Positions 19,293 through 27,722 of a DNA stretch of 64,000 nucleotides are shown here, one piece after another. The position numbers and the translations under genes were made by a program. Origin of the DNA: Deltaproteobacteria bacterium (lineage in GTDB: Bacteria > Lernaellota > Lernaellaia > JACKCT01); NCBI GenBank assembly GCA_020633895.1, contig JACKCT010000005.1, positions 1 to 64,000 on the forward strand, given 5' to 3'. The notes beneath the pieces were generated by a model. The model was given only the letters and a program-made list of their open reading frames with translations. It was not told where the DNA came from and searched no databases. The first letter of the stretch is position 1; the number at the start of each line of letters is the position of its first letter.

Positions 19293-20098
19293 CAGTTGTC
19301 GCCGCCCAGAATGATCGGCAGCCCTTCCTTGCCCTGGCCGATGACGACCACCTTGGCGTTCGGGCTTTGGGCCAACTCCAGCGTCGCCTCGATGCCCTTC
19401 CACTTGAGCAGATCCTCGTTGAGGCCTTCGGAGACGATCTTCTGGAAGTCGGCGATACCCCGGGCCTCCACCCGCTTGCGTTCGGCCTCCAAGGATTCCT
19501 TTTCCAGCACGAATTTCATCTTCTCGGCTTCCTGTTTCATCGCCAATTTGCGTTCGATGGCTTCCGTGACCTGTTGGGGGAAGTCCATCGCCCGCAGCAT
19601 GATCGCTTCGACGACGATATGCTTGCCGTCCAGCGCGGTGGTCAAATTATCGAAGATCCCTTTTTGGATTTCGTTGCGTTTGGTGTAGGCGTCGATGCTG
19701 GAAAAACCCGCGATCACGTCCCGGACCTGGTTGCGAATCGCCGGTCCGATGAGGACTTCGTAGTAGTTGGGTCCGACCTCCTGATGCAGCTTCGCCACCT
19801 GGTCGGGGTCGGGACGATATCGGACCGAGATGTCGGTCTTGATGGTCAGTTGGTCTTCGGTCAGCACCGTCAGGGTCTCGGTGGCGTCCTTGACGCGAAC
19901 GTCATAGAGATAGACCCGGTTCCAGGGGGCGACCCAGTTCCAGCCTTCTTTTAGGTTTTCGTTCACGTCCGTACCGGTGCGCCAGTTGAAGTACACACCT
20001 CGGGCGCCGGCCGGAACGGTCTTGCCGCAGCCGGTCAAAAGGCCCAGGGAGACGACAAAAAGGGAGATTGCGATCCATTGCCGTGTGCGGTGGCTCAT
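19292..20098 (-). CDS. SPFH/band-7 (prohibitin/stomatin-like) lipoprotein
   Basis: The ATG at 20098 is preceded by GGAG and gives MSHRTRQWIAISLFVVSLGLLTGC (lipobox). The band-7 core …EVLIGPAIRNQVRDVIAGFSSIDAYTKRNEIQ… is followed by a coiled-coil tail. Confidence 0.85.
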   Translation of the reverse strand: MSHRTRQWIAISLFVVSLGLLTGCGKTVPAGARGVYFNWRTGTDVNENLKEGWNWVAPWNRVYLYDVRVKDATETLTVLTEDQLTIKTDISVRYRPDPDQVAKLHQEVGPNYYEVLIGPAIRNQVRDVIAGFSSIDAYTKRNEIQKGIFDNLTTALDGKHIVVEAIMLRAMDFPQQVTEAIERKLAMKQEAEKMKFVLEKESLEAERKRVEARGIADFQKIVSEGLNEDLLKWKGIEATLELAQSPNAKVVVIGQGKEGLPIILGGDN

Positions 20099-20273
20099 CT
20101 TCGAGGACTCCTCGATCAAAGGGGGAAGCGGTTTGGGAATCGGCCTATTGTCGAACAGGCGCGACTTTGACGCAATCGGGGCCGGAACGCGATGAGAATG
20201 GACGATGGTCATTATCCCTTGTGCCCGGGCCCGGTTGTGCTATGATCCGACAATTACCCATGATTTTGGTTGA

Positions 20274-21845
20274 ATGAGCATTCCAATTCCGAATTTGGGC
20301 TGGACCATGAGCGAACGGCGATCACAGCCGGCAACGAACATCTATATCGGCTTCAGCTTGATGCTGGTCGGTCTGCTGTTGCATTACGGCGATTCCCTTC
20401 ACCTCAAGATTTTCGCCGACGACATCCATTCCTGGAACATCATCAAGTCCAACCCGGACATCCACTGGTGGAACCTGCTGGGCAAGGCCTATTTCCCCGA
20501 GCTGTACCGGCCGCTGGAGCTGATGCTCGTGCAGTTGTCCGGCGGCGCCTCCGGCCCGACGACCGAGATTTATCGCATCGTCACCCTGACCGGGCACTTC
20601 CTGTGCGGTATTCTGGTGTGGCTGCTCGCCCGGCGTCTGGACATGACGCGGGCGGTGCCCTACGCGGCCGCGCTGCTGTTCGTGTTCCATCAGGCGGCGA
20701 CGATGGCCGTGCTGTCCAACGACACGGCCAGCCAGGTCTGGTCGACGACCCTCGGGCTGGCCGGGCTGCTGCTCCTTTTCCCGCGCGACGCGGACGAGAC
20801 CGTGCCCGATCGGTGGATGCCCTCCTGGTCGCGCGCGATCGCCTCGGCGGCGCTGATTTTCATCTCGCTGTTGTGGAAAGAGGCGGGGGCGGGGTTCGTG
20901 TTCATCTACGGCGTCGTCATGATGTACGCCGTCTACCGCAGCGAAAACCGGCGGGCCTGTTTCGAGCGCCTATTGCCGCTGTTGCTGATTTTCGGCGTCT
21001 ATCTCTTTTTGCGCTTCAATGCCGGTGTCGCCGTGCCGCGCATCGGCTATTCGTCGCGATACACCATCTGGCCGGGCATCAACTGGCTGCGCAACCCGCT
21101 GCTCATGCTGATGGCCTTGTCCACGCCCATCAGCACGCCGTGGATCGCCTCCCAATACGGCGAGGGGCACTGGCTGGCGTTCGCCCTGGCCGGGGCTTCG
21201 AGCATCGCCTACGTGACGGTGGCGGGGGTGGGCATCGTGCTGGGCGTTCGCAACACGCCCTCGGATCGGCGGCCGTTGATCCTGCTGGCGATCTGTCTGG
21301 CCCTGTCCATGTTCCCCGAGATCCTCACCCGGCGGGTCAGCGAGTTGTACACCTACAAGCCCAACGTCTTCTACGCGCCGCTGATCGCCTACGGCTGGGT
21401 GTCGGCCTATGAATGGATGGATCGGCAGTATCGCAAGGGTTGGATCATGATGGTCGCCGTGGCGCTGGCGTTGTCGCTGCACGTTTCCTCGGGAACGCAC
21501 AAGCAGATCGTCCTGGCCAAGAACGGGGAGCGGACCGAGCAGTTGATGACCGAACTGCATCGGCAGGTGCCGGCCATCAAGGATCCGACGATCGTCATTC
21601 TCTCCGACGACGAGGCCGATTCCTTCCAATATTCCGTCTACCAGATGCGCCCCATGGAACTGTTCGGCGGGCCGTACACCATCGAATACATCTACGGCGT
21701 CAAACCCATCGCCTACCGGGTGGTCAGCGGGCCGACCATGCCCGACTGCTTGGCCATTGCCGGTCAGACCGGGCCGGTGGACTGCCTCCAGATCCGCTAC
21801 ACCGACGGCGCCCTCAAGGCCGAACTCGCCCATGTCGGCGGCTAG
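20274..21845 (+). CDS. Polytopic membrane protein with C-terminal soluble domain (possible GT-C-like glycosyltransferase)
   Basis: More than 10 TM helices. A first-loop acidic motif …KIFADDIHSW… is present, with about 140 aa of soluble C-terminus. No precise family recognised. Confidence 0.5.
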   Translation: MSIPIPNLGWTMSERRSQPATNIYIGFSLMLVGLLLHYGDSLHLKIFADDIHSWNIIKSNPDIHWWNLLGKAYFPELYRPLELMLVQLSGGASGPTTEIYRIVTLTGHFLCGILVWLLARRLDMTRAVPYAAALLFVFHQAATMAVLSNDTASQVWSTTLGLAGLLLLFPRDADETVPDRWMPSWSRAIASAALIFISLLWKEAGAGFVFIYGVVMMYAVYRSENRRACFERLLPLLLIFGVYLFLRFNAGVAVPRIGYSSRYTIWPGINWLRNPLLMLMALSTPISTPWIASQYGEGHWLAFALAGASSIAYVTVAGVGIVLGVRNTPSDRRPLILLAICLALSMFPEILTRRVSELYTYKPNVFYAPLIAYGWVSAYEWMDRQYRKGWIMMVAVALALSLHVSSGTHKQIVLAKNGERTEQLMTELHRQVPAIKDPTIVILSDDEADSFQYSVYQMRPMELFGGPYTIEYIYGVKPIAYRVVSGPTMPDCLAIAGQTGPVDCLQIRYTDGALKAELAHVGG

Positions 21846-22096
21846 CCGCCGACGTCTCGATCGACCCCGCAACCGCCCGAATTTGAATATTTTTTGTTAA
21901 AAAAAAGCGAGAAGCCTTAAAAAAGCGGCTTCTCGGAGGGAGGGTAGCAATTAGGTCGTTGAACCCGGAGACACAAACGTCAGTTCGCGCCTCCGGGGCC
22001 ATGATGCCTTCCGCGACATCGAATTGTCAACGAATTTCTGGTTGTTGGGTTCCGATTGCCGCCATTTGTCGTCGTTCGAACGCCTGGGGACAACAT

Positions 22097-22141
22097 TGGG
22101 GATAAAGAAACGCCGCCCGGACCGTTGCGATGGCGGGCGGC
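22097..22141 (-). terminator. Putative terminator of the poly-Asp lipoprotein gene
   Basis: Minus-strand 9-bp stem CGCCGCCCG…CGGGCGGCG followed by a T-rich TTTCTTTATCCCC, about 65 nt below the stop at 22207. Confidence 0.45.
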
Positions 22142-22206
22142 GAAGCTGTTGAATTTGTCGATGACGCCGGGTTCCGGGAAAATCCCGACGCGCCGGCGGC
22201 CTCGCG

Positions 22207-23664
22207 TTACGGCGCCGGGGTATAGCCTCCCGCATTGGGCGAGGCGATGAACTCGGCGGCGAACTCATGGTTCGGGTCGAAGGCGACGGTCCTGGCGTTG
22301 GTCCAGTCGCTCGCCCAGACGGTTCCCTCGGCGGCGAAATACCACAGGTCCGCCACCCAGAACGCGCCCGCGATGGTCAACGGGTCGTCCGTTCCCTTGA
22401 CCCAGGCGTTGTTGTCCTGCGTGTCGAAGACCCACACCGATCCGCTGAAGTTGTCGCCCACGTAGGCCAGTCCGTTGCCGTCGATCGCGATGGGCCCCGG
22501 AGCGCTGCCCACCTCGACGGTGTCGTCGACGGTGTCGTCGGACAGATCGATCATGTCCACCTTGCCCGTGGCCTCGCCGTAGTCGCCGGTTTCCACCACG
22601 TAGAGGTAGTCTTCGTTCGGACCCAGCGCCACGCTGCCCGGATTGATCTGGGACAGTTCGATGGCGCCCACCGACGCCTTGGAGCCGGACAGGTCCACCA
22701 CCGCCAGCTTGCCGGGGGAGGCGTAGCCGAAGGTGTTCGAGTCATAGCCCGTACAGGCCACGTACACCTTGTCGCCCGTCTTCGCGAAATTGGCCGGAAC
22801 GCACTTCTCGGGCAGGGCGACGGTTTCGGCCGTCTCGGCGTTCAGGTCGTAGATCGTCAGATCGTTGGACAGGTTGCCGGTCACGTACATCAGGTCGTTT
22901 TCGATGAACAGATCCCACGCGGCGGCCACGCCGGTCAGCGTTATCGTCTCCACGCTCGGACCGTTCGGATCGATGACCGAGACCAAGCTGTCGGGCGCGG
23001 TGGAGTTGAGGACATAGACTTTGCCTTCGTAGGTGAAGGCGGCGTTGGGAACAGTGAACGAGACCGGGGCGAGGCCGGCGAAGTAGTCGGAGGCGACCAG
23101 GCCCGTGTCCGCGTCAAAGGCCGCCAGCGTGCCGGCGACGGCGTCATAGAGGAACACATCCGGCCCGACGAACACATCGAACGACGCCGAGATCGTGTTT
23201 TTGGCGATGTCCAACAACACGGTGATCGTCGCGCTGCCCGGTCCTTCGGCCCGCAATTGGTGGGCATCGGTGACGGAGACGACGCTGTCGTCGGAGGTGA
23301 GGAACACGAAATTCACCTCGTCGGTTTCCGTATCGTCTTCCAGCACGGCGACCGCCCCGATGTCCCGATCGTCGCCGCCGAGGGTCATGCCGTAGACATC
23401 GGTCGGCACCTTGATCGCCTTGGCGTCGGGCAGCTCCGCCGTGTCGTCGTCATCGTCGTCGTCACCGGTGTCGTCGTCACCGGTGTCGTCATCGCCGGTG
23501 TCGTCGTCGGCCGTGTCGTCATCGTCGGAGTCGGTATCGTCGTCGGAGTCGTAGTACTTGTTGGTCACGTCCTTTTCGCTGCAGCCGGATAGAATCGCGG
23601 CCGAGATCGCCAAGATCAAGAACAGAACCAGGAACGAAAATTGAGGCACCCGGGAAATGGACAT
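22207..23664 (-). CDS. Lipoprotein: poly-Asp linker plus beta-propeller (YVTN/NHL-like) domain
   Basis: MSISRVPQFSFLVLFLILAISAAILSGC (lipobox). The linker reads …DSDDDTDSDDDDTADDDTGDDDTGDDDTGDDDDDDDT…. It is followed by repeated …YVTGNLSNDLTIYDL… and …LYVVETGDYGEATGKVDMIDL… blades. An AAGGAGGG SD precedes the ATG. Confidence 0.7.
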   Translation of the reverse strand: MSISRVPQFSFLVLFLILAISAAILSGCSEKDVTNKYYDSDDDTDSDDDDTADDDTGDDDTGDDDTGDDDDDDDTAELPDAKAIKVPTDVYGMTLGGDDRDIGAVAVLEDDTETDEVNFVFLTSDDSVVSVTDAHQLRAEGPGSATITVLLDIAKNTISASFDVFVGPDVFLYDAVAGTLAAFDADTGLVASDYFAGLAPVSFTVPNAAFTYEGKVYVLNSTAPDSLVSVIDPNGPSVETITLTGVAAAWDLFIENDLMYVTGNLSNDLTIYDLNAETAETVALPEKCVPANFAKTGDKVYVACTGYDSNTFGYASPGKLAVVDLSGSKASVGAIELSQINPGSVALGPNEDYLYVVETGDYGEATGKVDMIDLSDDTVDDTVEVGSAPGPIAIDGNGLAYVGDNFSGSVWVFDTQDNNAWVKGTDDPLTIAGAFWVADLWYFAAEGTVWASDWTNARTVAFDPNHEFAAEFIASPNAGGYTPAP

Positions 23665-24080
23665 TCAGTCCCTCCTTGTCACCCGCAAGGGGGTCGCGCG
23701 TTTCGGGATGGGGAGGCGAGGGCTGATCCGGGGCCGGGCGGCCGGCGAGTCCATCAAAAAACCCCGACGTCGGTGGCGACGCGGGGCTCGGGGGATTCGG
23801 TTTCCCTGGAGCAAACCCGCTCTTTCACCCGAAGAGCGCTGACGGTTTGCGACGGACAAGGCAGTTTTCTGGCTCGGAGCTTTGGGGGCTCCTTACAGTG
23901 GCGGGACCGCTCCGGACTTTCACCGGTCTTCCCTGCGGGAGGAATCATTTCCTCCACCACATGCCCGTCGAACGATTAGATTGTCGTCGGCGCTTCTATC
24001 ACGGCGCTGACGGCGGGTCAAAGGGTATTCCCGTTGCCGATCTCACAGGCGGGACGGATCGAGCGAAGGGGCGGGATCGA

Positions 24081-24189
24081 GGGTGCCGCACTTTTCCTCC
24101 GCCGAAGGCGGGGCAAAGGTGTGAATGGGGATGTCGGTTAATTCTCACACCTTCCTTCGGACTGTTGTCCTCATGAAAGTGCGGCACCC
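24081..24189. repeat. Nested-hairpin intergenic element, family F1, full copy A (GGGTGCCRCACT…CCGCCGAAGGCGG…GGTGTGAA…TTCACACC…AGTGYGGCACCC)
   Basis: Outer 12-bp inverted repeat GGGTGCCGCACT/AGTGCGGCACCC and inner GGTGTGAA/TCACACC hairpin. Lies between the permease stop and the upstream lipoprotein gene. Confidence 0.7.
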
Positions 24190-24203
24190 ATTGGTGGTGT
24201 CGG

Positions 24204-25604
24204 TCAGAGCCGAATCGGCAAAAACACGTAGCGCGCCAGGAACAACGCCGCCAGCGCCCAGGCCAGGGGATGCACCTCCCGCGCCTTGCCGGCGGCGGTT
24301 TTGACGAGGGGATAGGCGACGAAGCCCGCCGAGAATCCCGTGGCGATGGAAAAGGTCAGGGGCATGGCGATGATGGTGACGAAGGCGGGGAAGCCCTCGG
24401 TGACGTCGTCCCACGCGATCTGGCGCACGGTGCGCAGCATCAGGAAGCCGACCAGAATCAGCGCCGGGGCGGTCACGGGCCGCAGGTAAATCTCCGGGTT
24501 GAGCGGCGAAGGCACCGACGCGCCGAACATCGTCACCAACGGCGAGAAAAACAGCGCCAGCAGGAACAGCCCCGCCGTCACCACGCTCGCGAATCCGGTG
24601 CGCCCGCCTTCCGAGACCCCCGCCGCGGACTCGATGTAGCTGGTCACGGTGCTCGTGCCGGCGATGGACCCGAAAACGGTACCCAATGCGTCGGCGGTCA
24701 GGGCCCGCGTTGCACGGGGGAGGCGGCCGTCACGCAAAAAACCGCCTTGTCCCGCCACGCCGATCAGCGTGCCGATGGTGTCGAACATGTCGACGAAGAG
24801 CATCATCAGGATCGGCGCGATCAGGGGAAACACCAGCGCGTCGTTGATGCGCAGTTTGGCGAAGGCGCTCGGCGAGGGGGGCGTCGAGATCACGCCGCCG
24901 AATTCCACGATGCCCAGGGGGATGCCCAGCAGCCCCGTGGCCACGATGCCCAGGAAAATCGCCCCGCGCACCCGCCGCGCCATGAGGATTGCCGTGATCG
25001 CCAAACCGACCAGCGCCAGCAGCGTCGGCGCGGACGTCACCGACCCGAGTTGCACGAACGTCACGGGATGATCGGCGATCAGCCCCGCTTCTTCCAATCC
25101 GATGAACGCGATGAACAATCCGATGCCTCCGGCGATTCCATGCTTGAGGCATTCGGGCACCGCGTGGATGATCATCTCCCGCACCTTCAGGAACGTCAGC
25201 GCGGTGAATACGAAGCCGGAGATGAACACCATGCCCAGGGCGATCTGCCAGGGTGCGACACCGCCGGCCACCTCGCCTCGGGCTTGCAGACCGGCGATGA
25301 AATTGCAGACTTCGAAGGAGAAGAAGGCGTTCAGGCCCATGCCCGGCGCCAGGGCGATGGGATAGCGGGCCAGTACGGCCATCAGCAGCGTGGCGAACGC
25401 CGAGGCCACGCACGTCGCGGTCATCACGGCGCCGAAGTTCATGCGTGCGCCGGCGGCGTTGGAAAGGATGGCCGGGTTGACGACGATGATATAGGCCATC
25501 GTCATGAAGGTGGTGGCCCCGGCGATCGTTTCGGTGCGCAGATTCGTACCGGCCTCGGCAAAGCCGAAGTATTCGTCGATGCGCGAGAGAACCTTGGATG
25601 TCAT
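24204..25604 (-). CDS. NCS2-family nucleobase permease (AzgA/PbuG-like adenine/guanine/hypoxanthine transporter)
   Basis: 466 aa, about 13 TM helices, with conserved …TTFMTMAYIIVVNP… and …GLNAFF… motifs of the AzgA subfamily. Confidence 0.88.
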   Translation of the reverse strand: MTSKVLSRIDEYFGFAEAGTNLRTETIAGATTFMTMAYIIVVNPAILSNAAGARMNFGAVMTATCVASAFATLLMAVLARYPIALAPGMGLNAFFSFEVCNFIAGLQARGEVAGGVAPWQIALGMVFISGFVFTALTFLKVREMIIHAVPECLKHGIAGGIGLFIAFIGLEEAGLIADHPVTFVQLGSVTSAPTLLALVGLAITAILMARRVRGAIFLGIVATGLLGIPLGIVEFGGVISTPPSPSAFAKLRINDALVFPLIAPILMMLFVDMFDTIGTLIGVAGQGGFLRDGRLPRATRALTADALGTVFGSIAGTSTVTSYIESAAGVSEGGRTGFASVVTAGLFLLALFFSPLVTMFGASVPSPLNPEIYLRPVTAPALILVGFLMLRTVRQIAWDDVTEGFPAFVTIIAMPLTFSIATGFSAGFVAYPLVKTAAGKAREVHPLAWALAALFLARYVFLPIRL

Positions 25605-25711
25605 GGAGTGCCTCGCGGCATGATTTGCCCGAGTACGCTATCATTAAAGGCGCGGTCGTGTCAGCAAGGCACGGGCGCGGCGGGAACCCGGACGGGGCGC
25701 TTGAACGGACA

Positions 25712-27577
25712 ATGAACGACAACCCCACCCCCCGAACCTCACGCGGGCGTCGCGCGATCCACGCGGTCATTGCCGTGGTCCTGGCGTTGTTCGCCCTGGA
25801 GACCGGCGCGCGCCTGCTCGAACGCGCCCGGCCGGTGCCGCCGGTGGACGCCCGCAGCCCCTTGGAATTTCAGCAGATCCCCGACCAGGACACGCACACG
25901 ATTGAGGACGGGCGGATCTACATCGATCTGGCCCTGTGGCGCGGCCAGCAGCTCGCCCAATCCAAGGGCCTGGACGAATTCCGGATTGTCGTCCTGGGCG
26001 GCAGCGCGGCGGCGGGGATGGGCGTGGCGCCCCCGGCGGCTTTCGCGCGGGTGATGGAACGATTGCTCAACCAGGCCGCCCCAGGGCGTCTGGTGCGGGT
26101 GATCAATCTGTCGCGTGTCGGCTACGCCAGTCCCCAATTGGCGCGCATCCTGGAGATGATCGGACCGGTGATCCAGCCGGACCTGGTGCTGACCGTGATG
26201 GGCAACAACGAATTCCTGGACATGGTCCGGGGACGCACCCCGGAGGAGATCGACGCCCTGCTCCTGGCGCGAGAGGTGGAGCGGCGTTCGGCCCTGACGC
26301 GCCTGTTTCGTCCTCGGCAGCGCCTGACGCCCATTCCGCCGGGCATGGACACCGCGCCCCGGCCCCTCGACCCGTCCCAACGGCCCGAGGTGGCGGACTA
26401 TGTGGTGCGTCGCTTGGGTCGTTCGGTGGCGAATATGAAGCAGTGGGCCCGGCGAAACGGGGCGGATCTGATGGTCGCCACCGTTCCGGCCAACAAGCTC
26501 TACGGCGACGGTTCGCGGGACTGGGCGTTCGCGGTCGACGGCGACGACTTACCTCGGGAGTTTCAACGGGCGCGGTGGGCGCTGCGCTACGAGGCGCCGG
26601 AAAAGGCGATCGAGGCGGTGGCGGGTTTTGGCGGTGACGATCTGCGCGGCATGGGCGCCCGGTGGGTGACGGCCATGGCGCTTCATCAGCTCGGCCGGGA
26701 CGACGAAGCCCTGCCGATGGTGCGTCAGTTGGAGCGGGACTTGTACACGCTCGCGGTTGTCGGCAAGGGCGGAGCGGGGCTGCCCAATCTCTACGGTCGC
26801 GTGCTCGGTTCGTTGGCGAACGACTTCGGCGAGGCGGTCGACCTGGACCGCGCCGCCGAGCCCATCGTGCGAAATCTCCCGTCGGAAGGCGCCACGCCGA
26901 CTTTGTATTTCCGCGTGGGGGCGTTTTGGTATTACGCGGGAGAGGGGGATAAAGCCGCGCCGTTGCTCGATTATGCCGAGGAAACGGATCGCACCGTCTC
27001 CCGAGCCGGAGCGATTATTAACGAAGCGCTACGCCGCGCCGCTGCCGACACCGGGGCGAGGTTCTACGACCTGGCCGGGGATCTGGCCGAGTATTCCCCC
27101 CTGGGCATTCCCGGGTTCGATGCCTTTCTCGACTATTGCCACTACAACGTGCGAGGAAACCGGATCGCGGGCCGTCTGCTGGCCGGGGAAATCGCCCGAA
27201 GGTACGGTTTCGACGGCCCCATGCCCTCGGTGGGCGATCTGTTGGCCGAGGAGGCGCGCCTACGAGCCGGGCGGGAGACGGATCTGCCGGATTTGGCCTG
27301 GTGGGCCGGGGCGGATTATGACGTACTGCGTCTGGTGGATGAGAAGATCGACGACACCCCGGCGTATTTCGAGGCCTTGGAGGCCCGCATCGCCCGGGAG
27401 GGCCCCACACCCCTCTCGCTGACCTTTCTGGGTAACTGGAAAACCTACCACCCCGCCACGCAGGACGAGGCCACCCTCGAGGCCGCCGAAAAGCTCTATC
27501 GTCGGGCCTTGGAACTCGACCCGAAATTCGAGGCCGCCCGGGCCGATCTGGACCGCGTCGCCTGGATTCGACAATAG
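25712..27577 (+). CDS. Large membrane-anchored SGNH-hydrolase-like protein with C-terminal helical/TPR-like region
   Basis: The ATG at 25712 gives an N-terminal TM helix. SGNH-like blocks follow: …IVVLGGSAAAG…, …LTVMGNNEF…, …DYCHYNVRGN…. A long alpha-helical extension then ends in a TPR-like …LYRRALELDPKFEAARADL…. Confidence 0.6.
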   Translation: MNDNPTPRTSRGRRAIHAVIAVVLALFALETGARLLERARPVPPVDARSPLEFQQIPDQDTHTIEDGRIYIDLALWRGQQLAQSKGLDEFRIVVLGGSAAAGMGVAPPAAFARVMERLLNQAAPGRLVRVINLSRVGYASPQLARILEMIGPVIQPDLVLTVMGNNEFLDMVRGRTPEEIDALLLAREVERRSALTRLFRPRQRLTPIPPGMDTAPRPLDPSQRPEVADYVVRRLGRSVANMKQWARRNGADLMVATVPANKLYGDGSRDWAFAVDGDDLPREFQRARWALRYEAPEKAIEAVAGFGGDDLRGMGARWVTAMALHQLGRDDEALPMVRQLERDLYTLAVVGKGGAGLPNLYGRVLGSLANDFGEAVDLDRAAEPIVRNLPSEGATPTLYFRVGAFWYYAGEGDKAAPLLDYAEETDRTVSRAGAIINEALRRAAADTGARFYDLAGDLAEYSPLGIPGFDAFLDYCHYNVRGNRIAGRLLAGEIARRYGFDGPMPSVGDLLAEEARLRAGRETDLPDLAWWAGADYDVLRLVDEKIDDTPAYFEALEARIAREGPTPLSLTFLGNWKTYHPATQDEATLEAAEKLYRRALELDPKFEAARADLDRVAWIRQ

Positions 27578-27722
27578 CGAATTTCCCCGCGATCAAAGGT
27601 CAAGAAGCACGGGAAAACCGCCGATGTATGAGCGCTTAGGCGGCTTGACTTCATAAGGCCTAGAGCCTACCGTCAAATCCGTTTTGAACCCAAATTGTGC
27701 GTGACGGCAAAGGCCCGAATCG

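Noticed and set aside
17622-19688. 688-aa plus-strand ORF
   Set aside because: Antisense to the ankyrin and SPFH genes and runs through the MITE. No domains.
21897-21940. Hairpin GAGAAGCC-N10-GGCTTCTC as terminator of the 20274..21845 gene
   Set aside because: On the plus strand the T-run precedes rather than follows the stem. On the minus strand it is followed by a T-run but lies 270 nt from the nearest minus-strand stop. Its role is unresolved, so it is not reported as a feature.
24270-25770. ORFs 24270..25715 (+) and 24730..25770 (-) over the NCS2 permease
   Set aside because: Alternative frames of, or antisense to, the permease. Their products are His/Arg/Asp-rich nonsense, whereas the permease frame gives 13 clean TM helices.
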